Below are positions 46,333 to 56,129 of a DNA stretch of 64,000 bases, one piece after another. The position numbers and the translations under genes are program-made. This DNA comes from Anaerolineales bacterium. GTDB taxonomy: Bacteria > Chloroflexota > Anaerolineae > Anaerolineales > UBA4823. Positions within the stretch are counted from its first letter, which is position 1. Each line of letters opens with the position of its first letter. The DNA is taken from contig DAOTZA010000110.1 in assembly GCA_034434515.1 (NCBI GenBank), positions 20,429 to 84,428 of the forward strand, given 5' to 3'. The notes beneath the pieces were generated by a model that was not told the origin of the DNA, searched no databases, and saw only the letters and a list, made by a program, of their open reading frames with translations.

Positions 46333-46434
46333 GTTATCCTCCAATGCGATATTTCTACACCAATTATATCAAGGTAGAGATTAGTTCTTCGCTGCACAAT
46401 CAATGAGTCTATCACATTCCGATGTTTTTTCGCA

Positions 46435-46464
46435 TTGGAGCAACCAACCTAATTAGGATATAAT
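46435..46464 (+). promoter_or_regulatory. candidate promoter (TTGGAG-18-TATAAT) of the cysteine desulfurase gene
   Basis: TTGGAG at 46435-46440 and TATAAT at 46459-46464. GTG 46472 is 7 nt and ATG 46478 is 13 nt past the -10. No Shine-Dalgarno. Confidence 0.45.
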
Positions 46465-46477
46465 TACTCCAGTGACC

Positions 46478-47632
46478 ATGAGAACGGATCGAGTATATTT
46501 GGATTATTCTGCTACAACACCGATGGCGGAAGAAGCCATCGACGCAATGTTGCCATTTTTTCGGCAAGAATTTGGCAATCCATCATCCATCCATCGCTTC
46601 GGCCAACACGCGGAAGCAGCTCTAGAAGAAGCTCGCGAAGTCATTGCCACGCACTTAAACTGTTCTGTTGAAGAGATTATCTTTACTTCAGGGGGCACCG
46701 AAAGCGATAACCTGGCTTTACGAGGGGTAGCATTCGCGCGCCGCGAAAAAAGTGGAGCGAATCATATCCTGATCAGCGCCGTTGAACATCATGCCATCTC
46801 TCATACTGCCGCACAATTAGCCAAAACCTTTGGCTTTGACCTCGAAATTTTATCCGTTGATTCGTATGGAAGGGTGGATCCTGACCTTGTTCGCCAGCAC
46901 CTGCGATCAAACACAGCTCTGGTGTCAGTGATTTACGCCAATAACGAAATTGGCACCATCAATCCTATTCGAGAAATCGGTGAAATCTGCCGCGAGAACG
47001 GTATCCCATTCCACACAGACGCCGTTCAGGCAACACCTTATTTAACGCTGGATGTTCAAGACCTTAATGTCGATCTGCTCTCGCTCGGCGCTCATAAGTT
47101 CTATGGACCAAAAGGAATTGGTGTCCTCTATGTCCGTAGAGGAACGCCTATCCTACCCTGTCAAACTGGTGGAGGACAAGAAGGAGGATTGCGCTCAGGA
47201 ACGCAGAATGTGCCTTATGTCGTAGGCATGAGTCATGCCTTGAAATTCGTTCAAAAGAATCAAGCCCAATGGAATGCCAGTTTGCCAATCCTGCGAGATC
47301 GACTGATTGAACAGGTATGTCAGAAAATCCCCAACAGCGCCTTGACCGGTCATCCCACTCAACGCTTACCCAACCATGCCAGTTTTGTCTTCGAGGCTGT
47401 AGACAGCCAAAAACTGCTGACTCTATTAGATATAGAAGGTTTTGCCTGTTCATCGGGATCAGCATGTAAAACCGGCAGCCCTTCTCCGTCCGAAGTTCTC
47501 TTAGCGCTCGGCTTATCGCCCAATTTAGCCTTAAGTTCTCTCCGAGTCACCCTTGGGAAAGATACAACCGCCGAACACTTAGAGAGCTTTTTCGGTTGTC
47601 TGATCGAAAAGATTGAAATCTTGAGAGGCTAG
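46478..47632 (+). CDS. cysteine desulfurase (NifS/IscS type)
   Basis: YLDYSATTP N-terminus, the PLP Lys context SLGAHKFYGPKG, and the catalytic Cys loop SSGSACK. Confidence 0.9.
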   Translation: MRTDRVYLDYSATTPMAEEAIDAMLPFFRQEFGNPSSIHRFGQHAEAALEEAREVIATHLNCSVEEIIFTSGGTESDNLALRGVAFARREKSGANHILISAVEHHAISHTAAQLAKTFGFDLEILSVDSYGRVDPDLVRQHLRSNTALVSVIYANNEIGTINPIREIGEICRENGIPFHTDAVQATPYLTLDVQDLNVDLLSLGAHKFYGPKGIGVLYVRRGTPILPCQTGGGQEGGLRSGTQNVPYVVGMSHALKFVQKNQAQWNASLPILRDRLIEQVCQKIPNSALTGHPTQRLPNHASFVFEAVDSQKLLTLLDIEGFACSSGSACKTGSPSPSEVLLALGLSPNLALSSLRVTLGKDTTAEHLESFFGCLIEKIEILRG

Positions 47633-47650
47633 AGCGGACCTCTGTAGCTT

Positions 47651-48730
47651 ATGATGGGAAAAACGGTTGTTGTTGGTATGAGTGGTGGCGTTGATAGCTC
47701 TGTAGCTGCTGTCTTACTACAGAAACAAGGCTACAACGTAATCGGTGTCATGATGAACTTATGGAGTGAGAGCGGTAAAGCGTCGGTTAATCGTTGCTGC
47801 ACACCTGATTCGATGCGGTTAGCAAAAAAAGTGGCAGCCAGGCTGGATATCCCCTTTTACACCTTAGACGTCCGGGAACAGTTTTATCGTCAGATTGTCA
47901 CCTATTTTATCGAAGGTTACCAGCAGGGAATAACCCCTAATCCCTGTATTCAGTGCAATCGATTGATCCGCTGGGGAGCATTGCTCGAGTTTGCTCTTTC
48001 TTTGGGAGCTGACTATTTCGCCACCGGCCATTACACTCGAAAAGTCCTCGATCATCAAGGTGTTTTTCACCTCCTGCGCGCCAAGGATATCAACAAAGAT
48101 CAATCTTATGTGCTTCACATTCTCACCCAAGCTGATTTAGCTCGCACGCTATTCCCCCTGGGAGAATTTACCAAAGCAGAAGTTCGCCAAATGGCAAGCG
48201 ATTTTCAGCTCCCGGTAGCCCATCGACCCGAAAGCCAGGATCTCTGTTTTTTGGGTGGCGAGGACTATCGTTCATTTTTAGTGCGACATCTGGAAAATCC
48301 ACCTTCTCCAGGACCGATCATCGACACTCGTGGAAAATCCCTCGGTCAACACCGTGGCTTGCCCTTTTATACCATTGGTCAACGAAAGGGATTAGGGGTC
48401 AGTGTTGGCCAACCCATCTACGTTATTGATAAGGATATCATCAATAATACGCTCATCGTCGGTTCTAAAGAGGAGACGCGCAAAAAGAATTTTATCGTTA
48501 CCAGAATTAACTGGATTCAAGGCGCACCCCCAGCAAAGGAATTTGAATTAGCAGTAAAAGTTCGCTATCTTTCACCCTTCCTGGATGCGCACCTGAAAGT
48601 TTTGGAAGATGGTTCTTGTCTAGTAGAATTATCGCAACCCTATTGGGATATCACCCCAGGACAGTCAGCCGTATTTTATCAGGCAGAGGAGTGCCTGGGT
48701 GGTGGTATGATTCAACAAGTCCAATCTTGA
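47651..48730 (+). CDS. mnmA: tRNA 2-thiouridine(34) synthase MnmA
   Basis: PP-loop GMSGGVDSS, catalytic Cys context NPCIQCN, and DQSY. Follows the cysteine desulfurase. Confidence 0.93.
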   Translation: MMGKTVVVGMSGGVDSSVAAVLLQKQGYNVIGVMMNLWSESGKASVNRCCTPDSMRLAKKVAARLDIPFYTLDVREQFYRQIVTYFIEGYQQGITPNPCIQCNRLIRWGALLEFALSLGADYFATGHYTRKVLDHQGVFHLLRAKDINKDQSYVLHILTQADLARTLFPLGEFTKAEVRQMASDFQLPVAHRPESQDLCFLGGEDYRSFLVRHLENPPSPGPIIDTRGKSLGQHRGLPFYTIGQRKGLGVSVGQPIYVIDKDIINNTLIVGSKEETRKKNFIVTRINWIQGAPPAKEFELAVKVRYLSPFLDAHLKVLEDGSCLVELSQPYWDITPGQSAVFYQAEECLGGGMIQQVQS

Positions 48731-48744
48731 TCCTGGGAAATCTT

Positions 48745-49014
48745 ATGTCTTTCGTAAGCTTTCTGTTTGGATTGATCCTATCAACCTTATATGGTAGCCT
48801 GTTTCATCTCTGGCGCGGTGGTGGATTGGGTAGATTGATCTTCTACATCTCACTAAGCTGGATCGGGTTTTGGGTCGGGCATTGGGCAGGAACGTCTTTC
48901 AACCTTACTTTTGGAAAGATTGGGACTTTACAGGTTGGCTCTGCTACTTTTGGTGCAGTCGGGTGTCTTTTTATTGGTTACTGGCTTAGTCTGATCCGCA
49001 TTCCAAACCAATAG
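48745..49014 (+). CDS. small three-TM membrane protein, unknown function
   Basis: 89 aa from ATG 48745, entirely hydrophobic helices. The longer ORF-track version overlaps the mnmA 3' end. Confidence 0.45.
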   Translation: MSFVSFLFGLILSTLYGSLFHLWRGGGLGRLIFYISLSWIGFWVGHWAGTSFNLTFGKIGTLQVGSATFGAVGCLFIGYWLSLIRIPNQ

Positions 49015-49023
49015 GTATATCGA

Positions 49024-49878
49024 ATGGATGGTCACAACTCCTCATCCACTTTTACATCGGTCGGTGACCTGGCGCAACTGGTGAGCCCGACAAACAAAAA
49101 AATATTCGTTCGCCTAACACCCGGATCACATATTCACACCCATCGTGGTGTGGTCTCTCATGATCAATTGATTGGTATTCCATGGGGGAGTGAAGTCTAC
49201 AGCCACACCGGCAGCTCATACGTCCTGCTAAAACCCACTCTTCACGATTTGCTCATAGAGACAAAACGCAATACCCAAATTCTATACCCGAAAGATATTG
49301 GCTATATCCTTTTGAAGTTAGGTATCGGAGAGGGACAAACGATCCTCGAAGCTGGTACCGGTTCTGGAGCGCTTACCACCGCTTTCGCCTGGTACGTTGG
49401 CAAAAGTGGCCGCGTCATCTCTTATGACCTGCGCGCCGATATCCAAAATTTAGCCCGCAAAAATCTCCAACAACTGGGTCTGGAAGAACGCGTTACCCTC
49501 AAGACCAAAGACATTGGAGAAGGTTTTGATGAAAATGAGGCAGATGCCTTATTCTTAGATTTACCTAATCCATTTGAGTACATCGAACAAGTTGCTAAAG
49601 CATTAAAACCTGGCGGCAATTTTGGGGCAATCCTCCCTACCACCAATCAAGTCCAGAAGTTGCTTTCTGCCCTGAGCCATCATCATTTCGGGTTTCTCGA
49701 AGTATGTGAGATACTCATTCGCTATTATCGTCCATTTGCAGATAAGTTGCGTCCCACTGACCGCATGGTAGCTCACACCGGTTACCTGGTTTTTGCCAGA
49801 CCAACCCTTGCTGGATTATTTTCAACCAGTTTACCAGCGAATGCCGCTGAACCAGAAGAACTTACCTCTGATGAGTAG
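49024..49878 (+). CDS. trmI: tRNA (adenine58-N1)-methyltransferase TrmI (GCD14 family)
   Basis: RNTQILYPKD and the SAM motif ILEAGTGSGALT, with DLPNP downstream. Confidence 0.85.
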   Translation: MDGHNSSSTFTSVGDLAQLVSPTNKKIFVRLTPGSHIHTHRGVVSHDQLIGIPWGSEVYSHTGSSYVLLKPTLHDLLIETKRNTQILYPKDIGYILLKLGIGEGQTILEAGTGSGALTTAFAWYVGKSGRVISYDLRADIQNLARKNLQQLGLEERVTLKTKDIGEGFDENEADALFLDLPNPFEYIEQVAKALKPGGNFGAILPTTNQVQKLLSALSHHHFGFLEVCEILIRYYRPFADKLRPTDRMVAHTGYLVFARPTLAGLFSTSLPANAAEPEELTSDE

Positions 49879-50523
49879 ATGGACATCCTGAACCGCTACT
49901 CAAAAACCGAATTGAGTAAGTTTTTACAGAATGTTTTCAAATCCTGTGAGCCAATTTCCCCCATTTTTGACCGCAATTTTCGCTTTCCAGCACCCGCGGT
50001 GAAAGCCGCAATTTTAGTACCTTTTGTATTTGTAAGGAAACAATGGAGTTTGTTGTTTATTCGGCGAAGCGTAGCCAATGACCCACACAGCGGGCAGGTG
50101 GCTTTTCCAGGGGGAAGGATCGAACCCGGAGATACTTCCCCTGAAACCACTTCATTACGTGAAGCCCAGGAGGAAATCGGGCTATCCCCTGAGGATGTTG
50201 AAGTTGTTGGCAAACTTCCTCCTCTGCTCACTGTCACAAATTATGAAATTCACCCCATTGTGGGGATCATCCCTTATCCCTACCCTTTCCATCCTTCCCA
50301 AAGTGAAGTCCAAAAAATTTTTACCATCCCGCTTAATTGGTTAGCCGATTCCGCAAACTACTGGATCGAAGAAAGGCATTTACCCCCTCCGGTTGTCAAG
50401 ATACCCACCATCTATTATCGACCGTATGATGGGGAAATCCTTTGGGGAGCATCAGCTCAAATTGTACAGACGATGCTGAGATTAATAAACGCTCAAGCCC
50501 CATCCATTCTGGATGAGGCTTGA
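49879..50523 (+). CDS. NUDIX hydrolase (CoA pyrophosphatase-like)
   Basis: Nudix box GGRIEPGDTSPETTSLREAQEEIGL. Confidence 0.8.
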   Translation: MDILNRYSKTELSKFLQNVFKSCEPISPIFDRNFRFPAPAVKAAILVPFVFVRKQWSLLFIRRSVANDPHSGQVAFPGGRIEPGDTSPETTSLREAQEEIGLSPEDVEVVGKLPPLLTVTNYEIHPIVGIIPYPYPFHPSQSEVQKIFTIPLNWLADSANYWIEERHLPPPVVKIPTIYYRPYDGEILWGASAQIVQTMLRLINAQAPSILDEA

Positions 50524-50553
50524 TGAAGCTCGCATACGAAGGTCAGAATAAAT

Positions 50554-51189
50554 TTAGAAATCTGCCTCTTCTTTCTTGCCTTTCTCGATTACCTCGGGTT
50601 CAAACCCTTCGCCGACTTCAACCTCGATTTCCTCTCCTTCCGGAGCAGTGATAAGAACGACCATCTCGTCGCCTTCGCTTAGCACCTCAATACCCGGAGG
50701 CAGAACCAGATCCTTGACGTAGATGCCATCCCCGATCTTTGCGAGTCTGGATAAGTCAACGGTTATCTTCTCCGGCAGATCCTTTGGTAAACACTCAACC
50801 TCAATCTCCTCTAAGCCAGTAACAACAACACCGCCAAAGTCCTTTACCGCCGGAGCTTCACCTTCCAGTTCGATGGGAACAAATGCACGCAAAGCTTCAG
50901 TCATGGAAACGGCTAAAAAATCAACGTGCATCATATTGCCGGTAAGGGAATGATGTTGACGCTCCCGCACTAAAACCGGAACCTTTTGTCCTTCAAGATT
51001 GAGCTCAATTAATTGGGAACTGGAGATTCCCGTTAAAGTGCGGCTTGCCTGCCGATAGTCAAGCAGGATTGGTTGTGGGGGAAACTGATGTCCATACACC
51101 ACAGCCGGCAGCTTTCCTTGTCTGCGGAGGGCTTTGACTTTTTTTCCAAAAACATCTCGCCTGGTAGCTTCAAGCACAATATTTTCCAT
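50554..51189 (-). CDS. rplY: 50S ribosomal protein L25 / general stress protein Ctc
   Basis: LEATRRDVFGKKVKALRRQGKLPAVVYG N-terminus and an acidic C-terminal extension. GGAAGG precedes ATG 51189. Confidence 0.9.
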   Translation of the reverse strand: MENIVLEATRRDVFGKKVKALRRQGKLPAVVYGHQFPPQPILLDYRQASRTLTGISSSQLIELNLEGQKVPVLVRERQHHSLTGNMMHVDFLAVSMTEALRAFVPIELEGEAPAVKDFGGVVVTGLEEIEVECLPKDLPEKITVDLSRLAKIGDGIYVKDLVLPPGIEVLSEGDEMVVLITAPEGEEIEVEVGEGFEPEVIEKGKKEEADF

Positions 51190-51284
51190 ATTAACCTTCC
51201 TTCGGGCGCCTCTCACCCATGAGTGTAGCTTGATGGATTACCTTCGCCTTTACGGACTTTGTAAATCCTAAGTTGCAGGGTGCG

Positions 51285-51313
51285 ATTGTATCTGTTCAAC
51301 CGAAATTCGTCAA
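51285..51313 (-). promoter_or_regulatory. sigma-70-type promoter (TTGACG-17-TACAAT) upstream of rplY/ctc
   Basis: Minus strand: TTGACG at 51313-51308, a 17-nt spacer, and TACAAT at 51290-51285. This predicts a ~90-nt 5' leader. Confidence 0.5.
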
Positions 51314-51381
51314 CCCTTTTCTTAAATTATAGATTGATAAGAACTGCGTTAGAAAAATCCTAATCCTGTTTACCCGGTCGG

Positions 51382-52524
51382 TTATAGAGCTTTTTCTAAA
51401 ATAGCTATCATCTCCTCTTTGGTTAACGGTACCGGGTTTCCCTTCATACTGCTTGCCCTGGCGGCTTTTTCGGTAATTAACTCAAAATCTTCAGCTTTCA
51501 CTCCAAGGATTCCCAACGAGGGAATCTTCAATTCGGCAATCAGGTTACGTGCCCACGCAACCAGAGTTTTTTCCTCAGGCAGAGATAAGATCTGAGCAAG
51601 TTCCCGGTAACGAGCCAGATATGGACTGTCGGGCAACCGTTCATTTATAGCTTTCAGATTGGCCTCCATAACCGCTGGTAGCAGAGCAGCGCAAACTGCC
51701 CCGTGTGGTGCTCCGTACATTCCACCCAGAACGCCAGCAAAACCATGCACTGCACCCAATTTGGCATTAGCTAACGCAATCCCGCTAAACAAACTGGCAA
51801 TTGCCATGTCTTTGCGGGCTTCCCGATCATCTGGACATTGGTATACTCTGGGCAACGCATGGGCAGCCCGTCGAATACCATCGCGACATAGGGCATCGAC
51901 AATCTCATTCGGTTGGTTACTGACAAAGGGTTCAATCAACTGAGTAAGAGCATCCATGCCACTTTGAGCTGTCACTTCCGGAGGATTCGTATAGGTCAAT
52001 TCAGGATCAATCAATGCCACCTTGGGACAGATGAGTGGACTACGTAAACTTACTTTAACTTTCTGATTTGGGTCTCCAATTACCGCGTTTTTGGTGACCT
52101 CTGTACCAGTTCCCGCTGTGGTTGGGATGGCAACATAAGGCAAGGCTGGTTTTACCAGGCTCTGACCTCGTCCAATCACCTCGAGATAATCATAGAGTTC
52201 CCCCTCATTAGTGATCAACCCAGAGACAGCCTTAGCGGTATCCAAAACACTACCACCACCAATTCCTACAACAACATCTACTTGATTCTGCTTCCCATAC
52301 GCGAGAGCTTGTCTGACAACCTCAACCGTTGGTTCGCCAGCAACTGGATAATAGAGAAATGAGACCGCGGGTTTTAAGAAATCAGCCAGGATATCCTTGA
52401 AGCGCTCGGTTGGACTGCCAAAGACCAATGCCTTTGAACCAAAAGCCATCACAATTTCCCCCAGTTTTTTCACCGCACCTTCCCCTAAGATGATTTTGGT
52501 CGGAAGAAAAAACTCAGCAATCAT
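51382..52524 (-). CDS. iron-containing (group III) alcohol dehydrogenase
   Basis: GGGSVLDTAKA and His-rich metal-site motifs (AVHGFAGVLGGMYGAPHG). Confidence 0.88.
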   Translation of the reverse strand: MIAEFFLPTKIILGEGAVKKLGEIVMAFGSKALVFGSPTERFKDILADFLKPAVSFLYYPVAGEPTVEVVRQALAYGKQNQVDVVVGIGGGSVLDTAKAVSGLITNEGELYDYLEVIGRGQSLVKPALPYVAIPTTAGTGTEVTKNAVIGDPNQKVKVSLRSPLICPKVALIDPELTYTNPPEVTAQSGMDALTQLIEPFVSNQPNEIVDALCRDGIRRAAHALPRVYQCPDDREARKDMAIASLFSGIALANAKLGAVHGFAGVLGGMYGAPHGAVCAALLPAVMEANLKAINERLPDSPYLARYRELAQILSLPEEKTLVAWARNLIAELKIPSLGILGVKAEDFELITEKAARASSMKGNPVPLTKEEMIAILEKAL

Positions 52525-52617
52525 CTTTCATTAACCCTCAAAAGCAATAGTTTGATGTATGATTAAGTATTGTTTCTCAGTCATAAACTTCACAACATTG
52601 ATTATAACCTGAACACC

Positions 52618-53523
52618 ATGAACCAATTGAGGCAAAATCAAACAACTGTTCCGAAATACCGCAATCCAAACCGAAAGCAGAGTACGCGGCGTTCCTCAAC
52701 AATATTCACTTGTGGGACACTGCTCCTGCTGAGCTTGTGCTGTTTATCTGGGCTGATTTTTTACTCCATTGTTCCCATCAAGACCACCGTATTATTTTTA
52801 GGCATCGATTACGCACCGCACAAGAGTTTTGTTGGCCGTAGTGATACGATTGTTTTGATCCATTTCAACACCCTTCGCCCATATATTGGGATTTTGTCCA
52901 TCCCAAGAGATCTTTGGGTATCGATTCCCGGCTATGGGGAGAACCGCATAAACACTGCCCATTTCTTCGCTGAAAGTCAGCAGGCTGGTAGTGGTCCGTT
53001 TGCAACCATTGAGACGATCAAGGCAAATTTCGGGGTCAAGCCAGACTATTACGTACGTATCCGCTTTGATGGGGTCAGAGAGATTGTTAACGCGATGGGG
53101 GGTGTGACAATCAAACTTGACAAACCAATTGGCGGCTATCAAGCCGGTGTTCATCAATTGTCAGGAGAAAAAGCCTTGGGTTTTGCCCGCCGCAGACAAG
53201 GAGCGGATGACTTTTTCCGCATGGAGCAAGGCCAAATTTTGATTAAATCAATCTTACTCGATCTCCTCAAACCAACGAAGTGGTTGAAGATACCTGCAGT
53301 CTTGATGACTACTTCACGAGTCGTCGAAACCAACCTCCCCCTCTGGCAGTTGCCGAGATTAGGCATCTTAATCCTTAGAATCGGCATCGAGAAAATTGAC
53401 GCACGAATCATTGACAGAACAATGGTAAACCCCTATACTACCGATCAAGGCGCAAGCGTTTTGCTACCGAAATGGGAGCAGATCCATCCGCTTATTGAGG
53501 AAATCTTTCACCAGCCGTATTAG
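52618..53523 (+). CDS. LytR-CpsA-Psr (LCP) family cell-envelope phosphotransferase
   Basis: N-terminal TM followed by GIDY...RSDTIVL....SIPRDLWV and ALGFARRR motifs. Confidence 0.85.
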   Translation: MNQLRQNQTTVPKYRNPNRKQSTRRSSTIFTCGTLLLLSLCCLSGLIFYSIVPIKTTVLFLGIDYAPHKSFVGRSDTIVLIHFNTLRPYIGILSIPRDLWVSIPGYGENRINTAHFFAESQQAGSGPFATIETIKANFGVKPDYYVRIRFDGVREIVNAMGGVTIKLDKPIGGYQAGVHQLSGEKALGFARRRQGADDFFRMEQGQILIKSILLDLLKPTKWLKIPAVLMTTSRVVETNLPLWQLPRLGILILRIGIEKIDARIIDRTMVNPYTTDQGASVLLPKWEQIHPLIEEIFHQPY

Positions 53524-53532
53524 AAGTAACCT

Positions 53533-53982
53533 ATGAGCATCAAAATCGTTGCCCGCAACCGTAAAGCGAATTTTGAATACTTCCTGCTTGATCGTTTTGA
53601 AGCTGGAATTGAGCTGCGCGGTAGTGAGATCAAATCAGTACGCAACGGTCAAATTAGCATTAATGAAGCTTATGTCGAAACCAACGGAAAAGAAGCGTGG
53701 CTCGTAGAGTGTCATATTGCACCGTATGAGCAAGCCAGTCATTTTCAACACGACCCAAAAAGGCCCAAAAGGTTGCTATTGCACAAACGAGAAATCCGTC
53801 AATTATGGAACGAATCGCGCAAGAAGGGGGTCACGATTGTCCCCGTTTCGGTTTACCTGAAAGATGGCCGGGCAAAAGTAGAAATCGCTTTGGCAAAAGG
53901 GAAGAAACTCTATGATAAACGGCAAACAATAGCAAAAAGGGATGCTCAAAGAGAGATAGAAAGACAAGAGCGAATCCGATGA
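53533..53982 (+). CDS. smpB: SsrA-binding protein SmpB
   Basis: NRKANFEYFLLDRFEAGIELRGSEIKS and the C-terminal basic tail are canonical. Confidence 0.95.
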   Translation: MSIKIVARNRKANFEYFLLDRFEAGIELRGSEIKSVRNGQISINEAYVETNGKEAWLVECHIAPYEQASHFQHDPKRPKRLLLHKREIRQLWNESRKKGVTIVPVSVYLKDGRAKVEIALAKGKKLYDKRQTIAKRDAQREIERQERIR

Positions 53983-54770
53983 ATCTAAAGGCATACAACA
54001 TATTTTCTGTGAATCAATTATCCGAGGCGGAAAAACGGTCTATCTACACGCGCTTGATTCCCAAAGAGCTTTTTGATCGTTTTAACTTGCCAGAAAATCT
54101 AATTGACTCGCAAGGCAATGACTTGGTTAAGTTAGTGTGTCCATCCGGTTCAAGCACAGCCGAAATGGAGTTGCGCCACAGGATCGATTTTATCGATCCG
54201 ATCCTCTACGGACATATCACGGATACTACCAATGGACAAATCCATGTCTTGCTATATACCTTACTAGACCCCGACTCGCCGCGCTTTGATGTCGATCGTT
54301 TACCTGACGGTACAAAGACTGTATTTGGAATTAAGTATAGAAACCTTGAAGCCGAAAAAGCTGCCATGGAATATGGACTCGCCCCTGGTCAAATCCGAAG
54401 AGGATTGCGACTTCTGGGAGCAGCGATTCAAGGGTTTGAAATTTTCGTCCAAAGTTTAGGGCAGGAATTGTATTTTGCCGAACCTTTGTTTTATCATAAC
54501 GCAGTCATCTTTGAACGATACGGGTTTACCTATGCAAAAGGGCGCAAATTGATGGAAAGAATTCAACAAGGATTTTCTGAGAAGGGAGATTTGTTGAAGA
54601 AGCTGGACAACTCAACTCCTTTCCGCAGACCTGAAGCTGCTCAAAGCATTCGTTTGCGATCCTGGGCTATCCACGATGGCATTCTTGGAGAGCCATTCAA
54701 TAATGTGACGATGTACAAATACGTCGGCAAATCCGCAGCCATTAATACCTGTGGGGAATGTCCGTGGTAA
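53979..54770 (+). CDS. conserved-looking hypothetical protein (263 aa), translationally coupled to smpB
   Basis: ATGA overlap with the smpB stop. The C-terminal half (YHNAVIFERYGFTYAKG) is faintly GNAT-like. Ends in CGECPW. No firm assignment. Confidence 0.55.
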   Translation: MNLKAYNIFSVNQLSEAEKRSIYTRLIPKELFDRFNLPENLIDSQGNDLVKLVCPSGSSTAEMELRHRIDFIDPILYGHITDTTNGQIHVLLYTLLDPDSPRFDVDRLPDGTKTVFGIKYRNLEAEKAAMEYGLAPGQIRRGLRLLGAAIQGFEIFVQSLGQELYFAEPLFYHNAVIFERYGFTYAKGRKLMERIQQGFSEKGDLLKKLDNSTPFRRPEAAQSIRLRSWAIHDGILGEPFNNVTMYKYVGKSAAINTCGECPW

Positions 54771-54782
54771 GGATAGAATTGC

Positions 54783-55394
54783 TCAACGACCACGCAGAAA
54801 GCTGATCAAAGCTCCAAACAAACCGATGATCCCAAAACCAACAATTGCTAACCCCATCGGGAAACGCGCTCCAGCGCTTTGAGGAACGGTAAAGGTTGGA
54901 TAGACAATCGGCTGAGGCGGAGTGAAAGTAGGTAATCGGGTGGGAGGGATTTCAATCAAATATTGGGCGGCCAGGGTTGGGTTGACGGTTGGAGTGGTTT
55001 TCGGAGTGGGAGTTGGGGGCGGTTCGACCAAAGGAAGTGAACCTTCGACGGTCACTAATGGCGCATATACCCAGGCTGTTCCTCCAGGGACACCAGGATA
55101 AACGATCTTGATCCAGTTTCCTCCCACAGTACGACCCAATGCTGGCACACGCTGCCCCGCAATCAGAACACCTACAATGGGATATTCGGTGTCTGGACCA
55201 GCTCGTACATTAATTTGCTCTTGCTCCATGGTAACCACAATGGTTGCTAAACTGGGTGAACTGGTCACTGTTGGAATAGCAACGGTGGGGATTTGATCAA
55301 TCGCTTTAGCGGAGGTAAAAAGAAGTCCTTTAGAAGTTAATAAAAGCAAAAAGAGTACTCCCCAAAAGCCGAGCAAAATTTTTATCTTTTTCAA
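54783..55394 (-). CDS. bacterial SH3-domain protein with N-terminal signal/TM and C-terminal TM anchor
   Basis: INVRAGPDTEYPIVGVLIAGQRVPALGR...WIKIVY is SH3b-like. A Pro/Thr linker is followed by a hydrophobic C-terminus ending in RGR. Confidence 0.6.
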   Translation of the reverse strand: MKKIKILLGFWGVLFLLLLTSKGLLFTSAKAIDQIPTVAIPTVTSSPSLATIVVTMEQEQINVRAGPDTEYPIVGVLIAGQRVPALGRTVGGNWIKIVYPGVPGGTAWVYAPLVTVEGSLPLVEPPPTPTPKTTPTVNPTLAAQYLIEIPPTRLPTFTPPQPIVYPTFTVPQSAGARFPMGLAIVGFGIIGLFGALISFLRGR

Positions 55395-55506
55395 TCGTTT
55401 GATACTCCATGAATGAGATTTTATGTCTGCTTAAATCAATGTCCTAAATTATAATCAATTTGAAACGTTTCCCTGTGGATTTCGTAAATTGTCATAGGTA
55501 GAATAT

Positions 55507-56097
55507 ATGGAAACCAAGTACTATCATGGACAGATTACTCCCCAGCAGATAGCCCAGGCGTTAGTCTCTACCTTCAACCACGGTCCGCTGCGCGCTCAAA
55601 TTGTAGGGGCAGAGGACCATCTTGTTGTTCAAATTGCTACTCATCCAGGCGCACCATCGGGTGGTTATACAGCAATAGGAGTGAGAATCGATGCAATTGA
55701 AGACGGGGTAGCGGTTAATATCGGACAACAAGAATGGTTGGGAATTGCAGCGAGTTTGGGTAAAACCGCTTTATCTGCCTGGAAAAATCCCCTTTCTTTG
55801 CTAGGAAGATTAGATGACCTGGCTCAAGATCTGGAAAACATCCAACTGGTCAATAAAATCTGGAAAACCATCGAAGACACCATTCGAAAAGCTGATGCGT
55901 CTTTTGAGCTAAGCGAAAAACTGCGTCGTATCCAATGTCCATATTGCCGTACGGCCAATCCTGCAGGCGAATCACATTGTATAGCCTGTGGAGCACCGCT
56001 AGGAAACGTTCAACCACGAACTTGCTTAAGATGTGGTTTTGTTGTAACCACCGAAACTACCTGCCCAAATTGCGGTCAACCACTCGCCATCGGTTAA
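55507..56097 (+). CDS. hypothetical protein with C-terminal double zinc ribbon
   Basis: CPYC...CIAC and CLRC...CPNC pairs in the last 60 aa. The N-terminal domain is unassigned. Confidence 0.55.
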   Translation: METKYYHGQITPQQIAQALVSTFNHGPLRAQIVGAEDHLVVQIATHPGAPSGGYTAIGVRIDAIEDGVAVNIGQQEWLGIAASLGKTALSAWKNPLSLLGRLDDLAQDLENIQLVNKIWKTIEDTIRKADASFELSEKLRRIQCPYCRTANPAGESHCIACGAPLGNVQPRTCLRCGFVVTTETTCPNCGQPLAIG

Positions 56098-56129
56098 AAA
56101 TTTTTCGCCAGCTTTGAGAAAATGTCTTT

